Notes under the pieces: generated by a model
The model's database searches: none
The model's input: the letters and a program-made list of their open reading frames with translations, nothing else
Told to the model about the DNA's origin: nothing
Position numbers and translations under genes: made by a program
In this document: in pieces, positions 43,907 to 57,994 of the stretch
Position numbering within the stretch: the stretch's first letter is position 1
How the letters are laid out: the number at the start of each line of letters is the position of its first letter
Assembly (NCBI RefSeq): GCF_009914755.1
Contig: NC_060934.1
DNA length: 64,000 nt
Source of the DNA: the human T2T-CHM13v2.0 reference genome, Homo sapiens
Direction: 5' to 3' (one strand)

Positions 43907-45654
43907 GCACCTATAACATAAATTTTTACTTCTACCAGACTGGGTAATCAAACTTTTCTTCACTTTTAGTTAAACCATTGATTTTTTAAAAATCTTATTT
44001 GACTATTTTGTGCTGTTTGTCTGGCAATATTTTCATTTTCTTTCCTTGAAACTCTGACTCTTCTACCATACTACTTCTCTTTCCTCTCATCATCTTTTGT
44101 GAGCACTCCCTGAGGCACATCTGCTAGTCTTACGGGTGAGATTTTAAACTCTTTTAAGGTGATATCAATTAATTACTCATTAATCATGTACTAAATGTAT
44201 ATTAGTTCATAGATTTTCTCAGATGAATCTAATTTAGCAAGGTTTCCTCCTTTTAGTGTGGGGTTCTTTTCACACTGTATGGACTAGAAATGTAAATATA
44301 AGGAAATAAAGTCTCTACTGGTCTCCACTGCTGAGGTCTAAGCTACGCTTCATGGGACAAACCATTAAAAATTACAAACAAAACTTTAGTGTTTGGACCA
44401 GGATCAACCATATAGATCTATGTCCATCACTGTTTTCTGATAGAAGATCCAACCATTAATGAGAAACAAGCATTATGGCCACACTTGAAAAAGTCAATAA
44501 GATGCTTCAGAACAGAAAGGGGAAATCATTAATGACGTTAGATGAATCAGTAAAGAATCCAAGTCAATCCCCATTTAGAGAACAATATAAAGACTAAATG
44601 AATTTCATTATAAAATGAGCAAGATTGTAAGTATAAACTAACAGCCATAAATAATACTTCAAAATGCGGCTATGCTTCAAAGTATATTACAAAATATATT
44701 TCTGAATAGTGATAAGCCCAGATTTTCTGAAAGGTTTTTTCTGAGTTTTCAAAAAGTCCTGGGTAATGCAGGGAGCGTTCTCACTCCCATGTAAACAGAG
44801 GAGTAATTATGGAAATATTATAGAGTAATCTTAGTGGACAAAAAAAAAGATAACAAGGGCCATAATTATAACATAGGCTTAACCTCAAATATTGAAACAT
44901 CACCAAAGAAAGATGCTCTGGCTTTGAACATTGTTTTTATAATTAATTTTTTTCTTTAATAAAGGAGAAAATTTTATTAAAAATCATGTCTACAATTACC
45001 TAATTTTGTTAACCCATCTGAAAAATTATGAACACCTAGGGTTACCAAGCAAAATACTTTTATTATGTTTTTAGCATAATTTATTCATTAACTGAAATTC
45101 AAATGTAAATCAAGGTTTTGTATTTTTATTTGCTAACTCTATCTTCTCTGTAGAGACCTAATGATGAATGTTATTTTATATTCATATTACTGCTTGTTCA
45201 CCTTTACACACCCCCATGAAGAATATAAATTCTAGTAGAGACCACGTATTTCACATTTACTACTCTATCTTCAGCATCTAAAAACCACAAATTCTAGGCC
45301 CAAATTTGGAGGTAGGACTATGATCAATTTTACAGACACATTGTCATCTTTATTTTTAATAAAGCTACCAAGCGTGAATAAAAAGTAAATACCATCATCA
45401 CACTCCAAAAGCTCAATAAGAGCTCTTTCACAGAGAGTAGATTCTTCTAAAATAGTTGTTTTAAATAAAAGAATGAAAATGAACTACTCACATTACTTCA
45501 TCTCTTCACTTCTAGGCTACTCCACATAGCAGTGAAGTGTTCTTTGGTTGACAATGTTACCTGGTAGCTGACTTAACCAGTCAACACATCTAAATTTCTC
45601 ATTCAGTCTCTCCCCTCTCCCTTACTGTTCAAAAGAATAATGACCCAATGTGAC

Positions 45655-46180
45655 TGAGAAATCACAAAATTTTGGAACAAAAAGGGACAGAAAATATCAG
45701 GTTAACCTCCTTTATTTTACAGATTAAAGAACTAAAGCTCACATACCTGCAAGAGTGTTTCCCTGATCCAAACCTTTCAATGGTTCTGGGTCACTTATAA
45801 GATAAACCTTCTAAAGTTTTGGCATGCTACAAATGTCCTCCAAGATTCTGCCCCAGCCTTCAGCTCCAGACGTGTATCTCCTCATAGGAATTAATACTAT
45901 CTCCTGGCACCTATAAATGACTAGTATCCCTGTGCTCTTAGTGACCCAAAGGTGACCACTTCCTCCCTTGTACTTACATCCATTCATACTTCTATTATAG
46001 CACTTTTAAGACTATGGAATGTAGAATGGAATTTATCAGTTTAAATGTCTGTCTCCTCTTACTAGTCTGAGTACAGGAACTACAGCTTATTCCTGCTGGA
46101 ATTACTAATGTCTATTCAAGTGCCTGGCATGTGCCAGGGCACCTGGTGGAAGCCCAATATGCATTTGACAAATGAAGAAA
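45655..46180. mobile_element. MIR and L2 fragments
   Basis: ATTTTACAGATTAAAGAACTAAAGCTCA (MIR); TGTCTGTCTCCTCTTACTAG..GTGCCTGGCA (L2). Confidence 0.6.
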
Positions 46181-46506
46181 CACATACATAACTAATGGCA
46201 CATATTATTATATAATTAATGGCAGAAATGAAGACTGTGCTTTATTACCAATCCACAGAATTAAGCTAAGAATCTATCAATATCAATAAAAAAGAAAGTA
46301 ATAAATTTTGAGATAAAATTTGTCTTAAAAATCAGTGTCAGCAATATGTCAAGCTTACAAACATGCTGAGAAAGCCTGCTCTACAATGTTCAAAAAAATG
46401 TTGTTTTTCACTTTTCTGTCCACTAATTAAGCTTGATTTTTTTTCCAGGCATAGTTTTGAACATGAATATCTATTTCTTATTCCTTTATGTTTAATTTCT
46501 ATAGTA

Positions 46507-46700
46507 CAGTAAGTCCTTATTTAAATTCTTCCATAGTTCTTGGAAACTGTGACTTTAATTGAAACAATGTATGATGACACCCATTTTTTTAAAATCATCA
46601 ACATTGTAAGAAAACAATGTTGAATAAAACAACATTATTTGAGGGCCACTAAAGTCGCAGTTTCCAAGAACTTGCTGAAAACATTAGTGAGAACTTGCTG
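46507..46700. mobile_element. TcMar-Tigger MITE (MER82-like) with long TIRs
   Basis: TA-CAGTAAGTCC..TTCTTGGAAACTGTGACTTTA / TAAAGTCGCAGTTTCCAAGAA..ACTTGCTG-TA. Confidence 0.8.
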
Positions 46701-49700
46701 TACTATATTTTGTAATTTTTCATTATACACACCACTATTTTGATAATAATGTGGATTGAGCAGATTATGGAAGAGAATACCTTCAATCATTTTGCTTCTA
46801 TAACTTAAGTTCTCAACTCCTAACTTAAGAATGGATTTCTAGAATCTAACTTGTGTGAAAACTAAGACCCACCATTGTATATGCAAGGTAGGAATAGAAA
46901 AAAACCCATACACAAAATGTAAACCAAAATTTAAAAACAGTTATAGGTACAATTTCCATTTATAAACACATTTGAAATAAAACTTTAAAATTTGGTAAAT
47001 GTATGTTAATTGATGCATACCAGCGTCATCATTTTTTAATTTTTTAAATTCATTGCGATCTGACTTATAATAATATAAAATGATCCATTTATCCATAAAG
47101 CCTGTCATTATGTGTAGCTGAGTTATTTATGTGTACATCTTTTAACAGAACTTTTAAGAATAGTAAAGAAAAAACAATATAAAATTGGTGATTCTTTTTA
47201 TAAATACAAACGTCACCATTTATTTGCTATGTTCAAGTCCTAATTATGTACAAGGCACTGAACTAACCACATTATGTCAATTTAAACCTTGTTACACTCC
47301 AGAAAAATCAGCAATATCATTACCCTCTAATTTGACCAAAAATTTAGTGGATATACTCAATTATAAGAGAAGTACTTTTGTTACATAAATATTACTTAGA
47401 AGTGAGAAGTGAGAAATTTAGTCCTTTTACTAGGTGTGCTCTAAATTATTTTATTTTGATCACCATACTTAGGGAAGAATCCATCAATCATAGCTTGGGG
47501 TAATTGTAGCGATAACCTATATGCATTTAAAAGAAAAAGTCAAGGAAATATAACACCAACTTAGTCACTATTTCTGGGATATTATCTAATAATTGTTAAC
47601 TATTGGACATAATTTCAAATAAACCTTTCAAAGACTGCCTTATCAGAGTAAGCAGCTATCTTGTAGAGATCATGTATATGTGTCTACAGAATAAATGAGT
47701 GAACGGGAATGGCCTAATTTCGTGGGACAACACTCATGAAATAAATTTCCCAGTGATAATATCACCCATAGATTCATACACTTGAGTATTTCAGAGTGTT
47801 ATCCTCTAGAAAACTGTTTAAGAGGACTCAGAGAAGATGAAGCTACTGATATCTCAAGATACCAGTGAAGAACACAAGGGAATGAAATTCATGAAATGTG
47901 ATCAGAAACCACTTCATAGGTTTTATATAATTTTAACATAAACATATATAACCCATATATTAATTAATTTGCAGAGATTTGGCCATATCATCTACACTCT
48001 TAGAAGATTTTGTCATTAAACTGGCCAATTAAGAGAAGATTTTCTTTGTAAAATGAAAGATTGGCTTATATTTTCTGGTGTTTCTTATTCATGGGCATGT
48101 ATCACAACCTAACTACTCTTTTGTAAGCTTTAAGGGGTAGAATCAGACTGACCAGCATCTGCCTACCTCAACAGCCTGCCTTTTAATTACTGTCTATTAA
48201 AAATGTATATTCACTCTCCCTCCTCTAAACTTTTCAATATAATTAGTAAAACAAAATTATACCTTGGTAGTGTCTAATGCTTTCTAATGGCAGTCTCTTG
48301 GCAGATAAGAGGATGTGCATGTATATTCAGTTGCCATGTAGCATCTCAGAACTGGGTATGATTCAGTGAGTGCAAATGAATATTATCTAACACAATTCAC
48401 TTTAAAAGAGAAAGATTATAAGACTAACTAAGGAAGAAAAAGAATAAGCTTTTCTAATATATCATTTATTTAATATATAGATATATATCTAATGATCTAA
48501 TGATATCTACCTATCTATATATAGATATACTTCTAAAAGGTATGTATTTTGATCCTTAAAAGTCATGCTGCAATTGGGTAACATTCTTAAAACTTATCTA
48601 TCATATTTTATAAAACAAAACATGTGTCTAGGTCCATCATAGAAGAGATATTTACTGTATGGGATTGGTACCCTTCCTTTATATAATATGCAACCAAAGA
48701 AAGAAGTGTTTCTTTTTGCCAAAGAAAAACAGTATTTAAAATACACAATATATTTTTCACCCATGTTTGAGATATCCGCAATAACCATAAAACAGCTGGA
48801 GTGTTTTCCCAAGCATTATCCATGTCTTAGCCATATTCTTTGCTCTCATGTTATTCCTAGCCCCCAAATAAACCCATCTTCTAGACATGTCATCAATTTA
48901 AGTATCTATCTTGCCAAATAACAATTCCAACATTTTTAAAAACTGTTGCGTTTTACATTGTGAAGCTAATTATGGCAGAAGTGAGAAAAGGAGTAGGCAA
49001 AATTTTACTGATAGCTTATAAATATAATAATCGCTTTCTAAATATATAAATTTGAGTTTCAGAAGGACTAGGGCTTGTAATGATTATGTGGTCTTGTTGT
49101 TCTATTGTGCTAATTTGAATTGAAATGGTGCTGCAATGCCAAAACCACTGCTTTTAAAGTAATTTTCTACCTGATTTATTTACTCACATTAATAAAAAAA
49201 ATATTGTGCTGTAGTCATTCACAGAAGCTGAAACAGCAAAATACAAACTAGTCCACCATGATCTAATTTGTACTTGCCACCACAATATTTCTTCCAGGCA
49301 CAATCAACTACTCTGTCAGCATCAGTGAACTTCTCTATAATGTTTAATGAGAAAATGTGAAGAAAGAATATCAAAAACATTTTTATCAGGGCTCAATTTT
49401 CCAACCCACTTATAGTTTCAAGATTCCTAGGCAATAGATGAGGCTCAGGAAAAGGTGAAGAACGACTAATGATCTTGGTTTCTCATCTCCGGGGTAAGAA
49501 TTAAGTAGACAGAGAGAGAGGGAGATTGTACAGGACTTAGTAATTTTGTAGCTACTCAAACAAGGGAAAGAGAAACGAAAAGAATTCTAAACCTGCCAAT
49601 GCCACTCCCTTTACATATTAACAGGAAATAGATTACAAAGAGAAAGGACAACCTCAGATGATTTTAGCATCATTTTAGCAGCATTCCTAGGCTGATAATA

Positions 49701-50489
49701 TACTAGAAACAACGTAAAACTTAACTAAACCATAATACAATTGTCACTAAATAGTAATAGCTAAAATAAATAGCATTTATATAGTACTGTGCAGTTTCCA
49801 CACATATATCGTCATGGGTGCTTCTATCATCTTCAGTGAATAGATTTTAAAAAAATAAACCTTTCCAAAATAGTTTGAGAAAGAAAATCAAGAACACGCT
49901 TGAAAGGAACTTAAAAAGAAGAGATTTATATAAAAGTTTATAAATGGGTAGAAAGTAAAGTCAGTATACATTTTGAAAAGTGACATTTTATGGCCTTCTG
50001 TTACATTTACAGTGCATGTAAACATTGTTTCAAATATATAATTAAACATGACAACCACCACCAGCCCTCAGCCCTCAGCCGCAGATATACTTCACCCACT
50101 CCACATTCTCACATAAGTACCACTGTTTTAATAACATGAGGATTTCTTCCATCTTAGTCACCAAAGGGCCCAGGGGACACTGGAGTGGATAGCTTTAGTC
50201 TCCTCCACTTCAATGTACCCCATTGCATCCCACCAAAACCATCCTAAGAATACTCAATCCAAGTAAAATGAGTATATATTTTATGGTATATTTATAGTAA
50301 AATATACTATGTATAAATACAATATAGTATATTTTTATGCAAATGCATATTTTTTAAAAGTCCTCCAATACTATCCCCATCTTCTAATGAGCTGGCTATA
50401 TCTAACCTGCCATTTAGAAGCTCTGGATATATCAATACATTAAATAATTTTCCAGTTAAAGTAATAACATCATTTCTGCCATGAGTCAC

Positions 50490-50950
50490 ACATTTATTCA
50501 TTGAACAAATATGTAAAGGGCCTACTTTATGTCATGACTCTTCTAAGATTTGGTGATACATCAGTGGAAAAAAGACAAAATTCTTAATCTCTTGAAGCTT
50601 ACACTCTAGTGAGGACAAAGACAAACAAATAAATTAGTAAATGATATAGAATTATAGCAAGGTAAGAAGTATGGAGAGAACAAGATGGGAGTCAGTTACA
50701 ATTTTAAATAGGGAACCTAAGGTACATCTCAATGATAAGGTGACATTTGGAAAAGAGTTGAAGGTGAGAGAGAGGTCATGTCATGCATACATCTGGAGTA
50801 TGGAAAGAGAAAAGCTAGTTCCAAAGCCCCGAGGCAGGATCATAGCCAGCGTGTTAAGGGAACAGTAAGGAAGGTCAATGTGAGGAAGTTAATGGAATAA
50901 ACAAAATAGAGTAGAAAACGCAGTCAGAGATTACAAGGATCTTAGAAGAC
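50490..50950 (-). mobile_element. L2 fragment
   Basis: CATTTATTCATTGAACAAATATG..CCTACT..GAAGCTTACACTCTAGTG..AAGGTGACATTTG. Confidence 0.8.
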
Positions 50951-53280
50951 ATGTTTTGAAAAGCATGAAAAAAATAGAGGAGTCAGGGATAAGCCAATTT
51001 TTTCATATTGCCATATTTTATAGTAATAAGCTAGTTTCTGCTTATAAAGAAATCTGGGACATAGGACAGTAAACCATGTGTCCTCCGGAAAACTTTAGCA
51101 TGTGTTTCTCACATTAGGTTAAAACATGTATGTGTAGTAGCTCGTATTTATGCCTTTCCTATAGTGTTTAACATAAACATTTAAGTCTATCCTACAAGCA
51201 ACTTATATGCAAAAGTAAGAGAGACAGAGATAGAGGCAGAGACAGAGAGAGCACTAAGAAGAAATGTAGTGGCTAAGAAGGCTTTACTCTGACTTGGTGC
51301 TCCCTTCTGGCTCTCGGATCTTAAAATCACAGTAAATATATTGCTGAACAATGAATGATAAGAAAATGCATCGAACACACATAATATCCAGGGTGGGTTA
51401 ATTTTTAATTGACCATTTAAAATAACAATATTGCACAAACCAGCTGGAGTAAAATAAGGGTAAGTATGATAAGGAATCTTTAGGCATTAAAAATAAACTG
51501 TATCATATATGGGAAGAAATGGCTTAGGTATGCCAAGAAGCAGGACCTCAACACACAGCTGATATGGGGAAAAAATGGCAATGATAGTGGAACTACTTCC
51601 TATAATTTACTAAGGCAAACGAGATAACAAAAGCATCTGATTTAGAGTCTTTGCTTACTCTAAATAATTGCACATCAATTGAGTCCAGGGTTCTTGCATT
51701 GAGAAATAAGGGAGTACTACTTTTTAATCCTGACAGGAAAATTAAAAGGCCCAAGTTATTACATAATGTAAATAATGTATTAGAGTTAGCAATGAGAAAG
51801 ACTTCCTTTATAGCAAGGCTTATTTCATAATTCCAGGGTAAATCTATTGTTTCGATAAGATTTTTTTTCAATTGATACATAAATAAATGTATACATTTAG
51901 GTACACTCTTACTTTTACAGAAATTTAAATTTATGTTAACGTACCACTTAAAATTGCATTAAATAAAATAGCATAATATGTGTTTTTGTAATGTAAGAAA
52001 GATATCAGTGTATGCTAAAATATATAAAATCCGATGCTAAGCAAATGGAGTAAACAACAAAAAACAACATAGCCATATAAAGTTTACAAAATAATTCACA
52101 TGTAGTTTACAATTGTGTTTAGAACGTGATCTACTGAAAATGATAGAATTATTTATAGCATCTCTTTGGGGCCTAGGCCACCTTGTACATATAGAAAGCC
52201 ACAGTTCTTGGGTGGCTGACATACTCTGAAATGTTCTCAGATTTTAAATTGTAGAAACAACACTTCCCATAAACAGAGAGCTCTCTGGGGGCATCTATAG
52301 GACTAAGTGGTAATTCTCAGGGAAGCAACGTTTTGGGAACATTCCATCATACTGTACCATTAATGAATTGCCTGATTTATGACCAATGTAAATTTGGAGC
52401 TAGCTACCTTCCCAGAATGCTTCCAAACGGCAGCACAGTTGCAACAGTAACACCATCAACACAGGAAAAGACAGCAGCCTGAGGAATTCACAAATGGACA
52501 TTTTGGCCAAGGCGTGAACATATAATGGATGCAGAGTTCCAAAGGAGGTGCTAGACTTCAAGCAGCACATAAAAACTGAAATACTACATATGAGTAATGT
52601 TACACTTCAACCTTTGTCACACAAAAGCTCTAAAGGGCTCCAGATATGGGGACAGCAGATATGGGCAGCATCCTTGAAGCAATTATTTTAGAGAGAGCTC
52701 TGCTGTGAGTATAACAAAAAAGGAAGACTGGGAAGCAGTTCCCTAACCCTGAACTAAGATTTCTCTGCAAGTACAAAAAAAGCTTGAATGAGCTACCTGC
52801 AGTTGGGGGATGCTTTGGCCTGGAGCTTAATTCACATCTGAAAAAGCTAAAGAGGCCAGTGAGTACCGAGTACAAGCCTGTGTTTGAGTTTAAAAGCAAC
52901 CCCTTCACCTAGATATTGAAAGGGGATGAATTCCAGAAGCCAACCCTAATATCTGCAGTAGAATCTTCAGTGTGGAGCCATTTAAAAACAGGCTGGCCCA
53001 AGAGGGCAACATGCCCGGATAAGAGTTCCTGGTAGTAAGAGGTGGAGTTTACTGTGGGAGTCCACGATGATGGGGAACACCAAACACCAGCCAATTCCAC
53101 AACAGAGTTGCAATCGGAGGGACCCAACAGGCAAGTTTTTCTTCAAAAATCCTTCTCTCATGTCTACTGTCCCTCTCTATGGATGTGATTATGTGGTTCA
53201 AGAATTGTTGAACCAATTTCAGATTATAACTTTTGTGCATGTCTAACATTTCCTTTGCAGTCATAGCAACTATTGTTTTT

Positions 53281-53588
53281 GGGTTTTTTTTTTTTTTTTT
53301 TTTTTTGAGACAGAGTCTCACTCTTTTCTCCAGACTGGAATGCAGTGGCGCGATCTCAGCTCGTTGCAACCTCTGCATCCCAAGTTCAGGCAATTCTCCT
53401 GTCTCAGCCTCCTGAGTAGCTAGGGTTGTAGGCACCCGCCACCATGCCTGGCTAATTTTTGTATTTTTAGTACAGACGGGGTTTCACCATATTGGTCAGG
53501 CTGATCTCAAACTCCTGACCTTACGTGATCCACCCACCTCGGCCTCCCAAAGTGCTGGGTTTACAGGCTTGAGCCAATGCGCCCAGCC
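53281..53588 (-). mobile_element. AluS
   Basis: Poly-T tail; TSD AGCAACTATTGTTT at 53265 and 53589. Confidence 0.95.
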
Positions 53589-54021
53589 AGCAACTATTGT
53601 TTCTTAATGCCTCAGCCTAATAATACTTATAGTAATCTGTTATACATGTGTGCTTTAAGGATTTTAAAACCTCTCCATTTCTTAGCCAGAACCTAAATAT
53701 TCAGGTTACTTTGCTGTTGTTAATTTTTTAAACATTTCTTATTAGCATCCCTAGAAGTTTTATTTCTATTTTAACTTTCTTATTATTTTGGCTAATAAAT
53801 ATAATTACTTTTATATTTCGGAGTTGTGTTTCTGCTTAATCTTTTTTTTGATGCTTTTGAAGAGGGTGCAACAAAGTAATTGAGGGCAAATGCTTTCAGT
53901 AGTGTGCTGTTGTAAAAGATTTTTAATTTAGTATTTGAATTATGTATTAATATAATTTCAGTGTAGCTTTCTTTCAGGAAAATATTAAGAGATAGCTAAA
54001 AATAAGAAATGTCCTTTTTTG

Positions 54022-54325
54022 GGCAAGCATGGTGGCTCACACCTATAATCCCAGCACTTTGGGAGGCCAAGGTGGGCAGATTACTTGAGGCCAGGAGTTT
54101 GAGACCAGCCTGGCCAACATGGCGAAACCCCATCTCTACTAAAACTACAAAAATTAGTAGTTTTAGTAGCACATGCCTGTAATCCCAGCTATGCGGGAGG
54201 CTGAGGCATGAGAATCCTTTGAACCTGGGAGGCAGAGGTTGGAGGCGGAGGTTGCAGTGAGCCAAGATCATGCCACTGCACTAGAGCCTAGGTGGTAGAG
54301 AGACTCTTGTCTCCAAAAAGAAAGA
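54022..54325 (+). mobile_element. AluS/J with internal rearrangements
   Basis: TSD AAGAAATGTCCTTTTT on both sides; tandem GGAGGC(A/G)GAGGTT; fold-back in linker. Confidence 0.93.
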
Positions 54326-56495
54326 AAGAAATGTCCTTTTTGCCCCATGTTACACAAATTTGTTGTATTAAGACATATTAATGTATTACATTTATTACAA
54401 TATCATTTACTATATTCTCTCTCCAAAGTTTTACAGTTAAAGTAGTTTTGCTTTAATTTAAAGGTATTTTCTTTTTACTGAATTTTCTACTTATAACTTC
54501 ATAGGATATTGAGATTACATTTAAATGGGCAAAATATTTTATTATAATATCATGTATCCTCATATTTGAAGATGAGTGTAGAAAAAAAAATCCCCACTAC
54601 ATCATGTCCCATTTAGTGTTCCAAATTTCTTTATTTGCTTTGATACATCTGACTATAGCATTATAGATTTAAATATTTTAAAAGCAAATAGTGGTTAATT
54701 TATATATCATACTAGCTAGATGAATTACTGACTACGCTACATTTTTTCCTATGTCAGGGAAAAGTTAGAACATTGTACTAGTACTTAAAATAGATATAAG
54801 CAGATGATCTCCAGTATATTTTCATTATATCCAGTATATTTCATTATTATCTTATAATACAGTATGAGCTAAGCTAATGAGAAGAAATATTGAAACCACC
54901 TTGCCAATATCAGTAACATTGACCTACCTTGGCCTCCTAAATCAGTTTTGGACTCAACCATCACATACTATGAACTAATTTGAGACTCTCAAACCTTTTA
55001 TTTCACAGTATTTCCTAGTGCCTACGATTGTAAGACATATTTAAGGGGGAAATGGGTGCCTAAATTCTCAATTCACATTAATGCGTTTAATGTGTAAGAA
55101 AGGGTAGTAGGCTACTGCTTTGCAAAGCAGATTTTTATGCTTTGGCCCCTAGCCATACCTGAATTTCTTAGAAGGAAAATGTTTCCTCCCTTAGAAGTGC
55201 TTCAAGAAAGTGGAATTCAGGAAATTGTTTTAAAAGAGTCACTTAAAATATGAAATCAGCAGAAATTGGGGATTTAGTTGATAGTAGCCAAAAACATTGT
55301 AAAGAGCACTGGAGGCTGTGTAATTTTGAAAGGATTGTGTTTGTAGGCATTGTGTTCAGCAGTCAACATGAGCAAAAACGATAAGAAAAAAAGATTCAGC
55401 AGAGGCTCCATTGCCAGGGATGCTAGCAGCCTGCCAAACACACAGAGGTAGCAACCATTCTACCTCTTTGGCTGTCTTCAGGGTAACATTACCCTTCCCT
55501 GCTAAACAAAGGAAAAGGTGCCCATTGAAATCTGCAGCATGCAGTCACACCTGCTTAAGTTGTGCTTGCTTTTCCTTCATACAAAATATTTGTGTAACTG
55601 CAAGCAGAGGGTTACATCTCCACCTAGCATATAAAATGGAGAAACAGCATATATTATAATTTTTCACAAGACAGACAATAAGGACAAAAAATTTTAGTTA
55701 AGTATATTTTACTATGTTATTTGTGATTGTATATTGAATCGTATTGTCATATTAAATTTATTTTTACTTCATTATATATAGATAGGCTGCCTGGACAATT
55801 CAAGGAAATGTATTCCTCTTGTTCCTAGAAGTATAGGTTGTCTCCTGTCTTATAAGACAGCTATTTGGTTAGAGCAGCTTCTGATTTTCTACATAAGGCT
55901 TATAATTTAAATATTTCAGGAAAGAGAGGGAGAAAAAATATATATTATATTTAATTAGTGGATTTTCTGAACACAAAATGAGAAGAGAAAGAAAATGACT
56001 CTTCCTTCTGGTTTCGTAAAGGGACATACTAACTTTGCCGTTTTAGTCTATTAGCTAGAGGAACTGAGCAGCTTCCTAGGATATTCTAAGTAAAAAAGAA
56101 GTGATGGGCATAATCCCCATTGAAAAATGCCAGGTGGCTGCCTGAGGGTAGAGGAGACTCTCAGTATATATAAAGAATTTCCCTCAAACTAGCTCTCAAC
56201 CCAATTCCCTATGGACTCATGACTCATGAGTAAGTCTTAGGAAAAAAAGACACTCACTGAAAAAACTTCCAAGGTTGATGACTAGATAGATAGATAGATG
56301 CATAGATAGATAGATATGCAGAAATTTCTGTTATTGTGAAATATAAACTAATACTTGAAAAAAAAAGGAAGACTTGATTTCAGTCCTCATTGGAATCTCA
56401 TGTGCACAGAGTAAGGAACAAGAAATAACAGGGATGATGGTTTCCAATGAGAGGTGAAAATATTCAAAAGATGTGGCTCAACTGTGGACACTGGA

Positions 56496-56512
56496 TGCCA
56501 CCAGGAGGCGGT
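56496..56512 (+). promoter_or_regulatory. Candidate CTCF site
   Basis: TGCCACCAGGAGGCGGT versus core CCACCAGGGGGCGC. Confidence 0.45.
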
Positions 56513-57320
56513 GTAGGAAGCAACACGTGCATGATCCAATCTGAAGGGAACATCAGCAGGGGAAGAAACAGATGCTGGGATATTGAGTTACTATTTTTTC
56601 AGTGTTTGAGCCAACCCAAGCAACGTGCTATGCCCTTTACATCAGTTACCTCAGGTGATCCCTATAATTAAATTAGATATTATAATTCCCAATTTACATA
56701 TGATGAAACTGATGATTTAAGAGCAAGTATTTGAGGAAACTACCCACTTCTGGTATCACTGTCCTGTCACACATGAAAATATACAATGACTCCATCTCTG
56801 GGAATTCTGGAAATCAAAACATTACATTGCAAATCAATATTAGAAGACCAAGAGCAGGAAGGAGTGTCATTACTCAAAATTTATAAATAGAACAATATAT
56901 AGTAACTGTTAATACACAAAGCTAAGATGGTGGTAGGGAGATTGTTAGCTATTCATGATTTAAAAGAAAACTATAAGGTTTAAGATAAGACACAATGAAA
57001 TTATTAATAGCACTAAATAAGAACCATGGAAGGAGGAGTGGAGTTTAGGTATCATAGGCTTATGTCATGATTACACCCAAGAAAGAAAATAAAGATTTCA
57101 AGAATGCTGCCCAAGGTGGAAGGCACAAGTCATGTCTTGACATTGTCAATTGGCATTAACAATTACATTCTGGAGGAATTTCACTGTCTCCCTCTGCTTC
57201 TCTCACACTACCTCTCCATTCCCTTTTTGTACAGATTTCAGAAGTAGAAAGCAAAGGAAGGCAAACTCTCAAGCCTCCTGTGCTTTTACTTTCAGTTATT
57301 TTATTACTGGCCTCATTGTA

Positions 57321-57818
57321 TGTGGAGGCTAATGCAAATCCATCTTGGATGCTAATCTGCCGTGTTGACTCTTGATTAACCCCTGTTCAGGGAAAGCCTC
57401 TCAGAGTTCTACCTTGTCTGTTGTTAGGGTAAATCCTGCCCTTAGGCCAAACATCCTTGACCATAAATCCTGTCCTTAGGCAAATTTACATAGCATTCTT
57501 GCTTTTCCCTTGGAAATCTGTCAACTTCAATCCGACCTTTGTATGTTGGTTATGCGGGAAGAGACAACTTATATCTTTAGTTTACAGGTCTACAAATCAA
57601 GATCAACAGTACTGTGGTATATAAGACCTGGATCTGGCAGGTAATTGTGTGGGGATCCACCATCATGTCTCACTGTCACCCATGACTAGGGCTTCTCTTT
57701 GGAAATCCATAGTAAATGTTTCTTTCTGAGGAACTGGATATGTCAGCCTCTTCCTTTGGCCTCTTAGCCTCCTTAGACTTTGGGGATAAATTTGCACAGA
57801 TCTAGCTATTGCAGAACA
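57321..57818 (+). mobile_element. ERV1-class solo LTR (MER31-like) carrying a foreign 84-bp patch
   Basis: TGTGGAGGCTAA..CCATCTTGGATGCTAATC start; GGTATATAAG; GGGGATCCACCATC; ends GCAGAACA. Confidence 0.8.
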
Positions 57819-57994
57819 GCATAAAAGGTTTTTGTTTTGTTTTGTTTTTACTACCAAGCATCATAACAAATTAACTGGATTTTTAAAAAACTAACATAAA
57901 ATGGTTAAGCAATGCATCCACAGCTACACAGTTAATAGGTAACAGAGTTGGGATGTAAACACAGTCTGTCTGACTTGAGGAGCCATTTTTTAAT

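Noticed and set aside
46507-46700. Long hairpin
   Set aside because: Explained by MITE terminal inverted repeats
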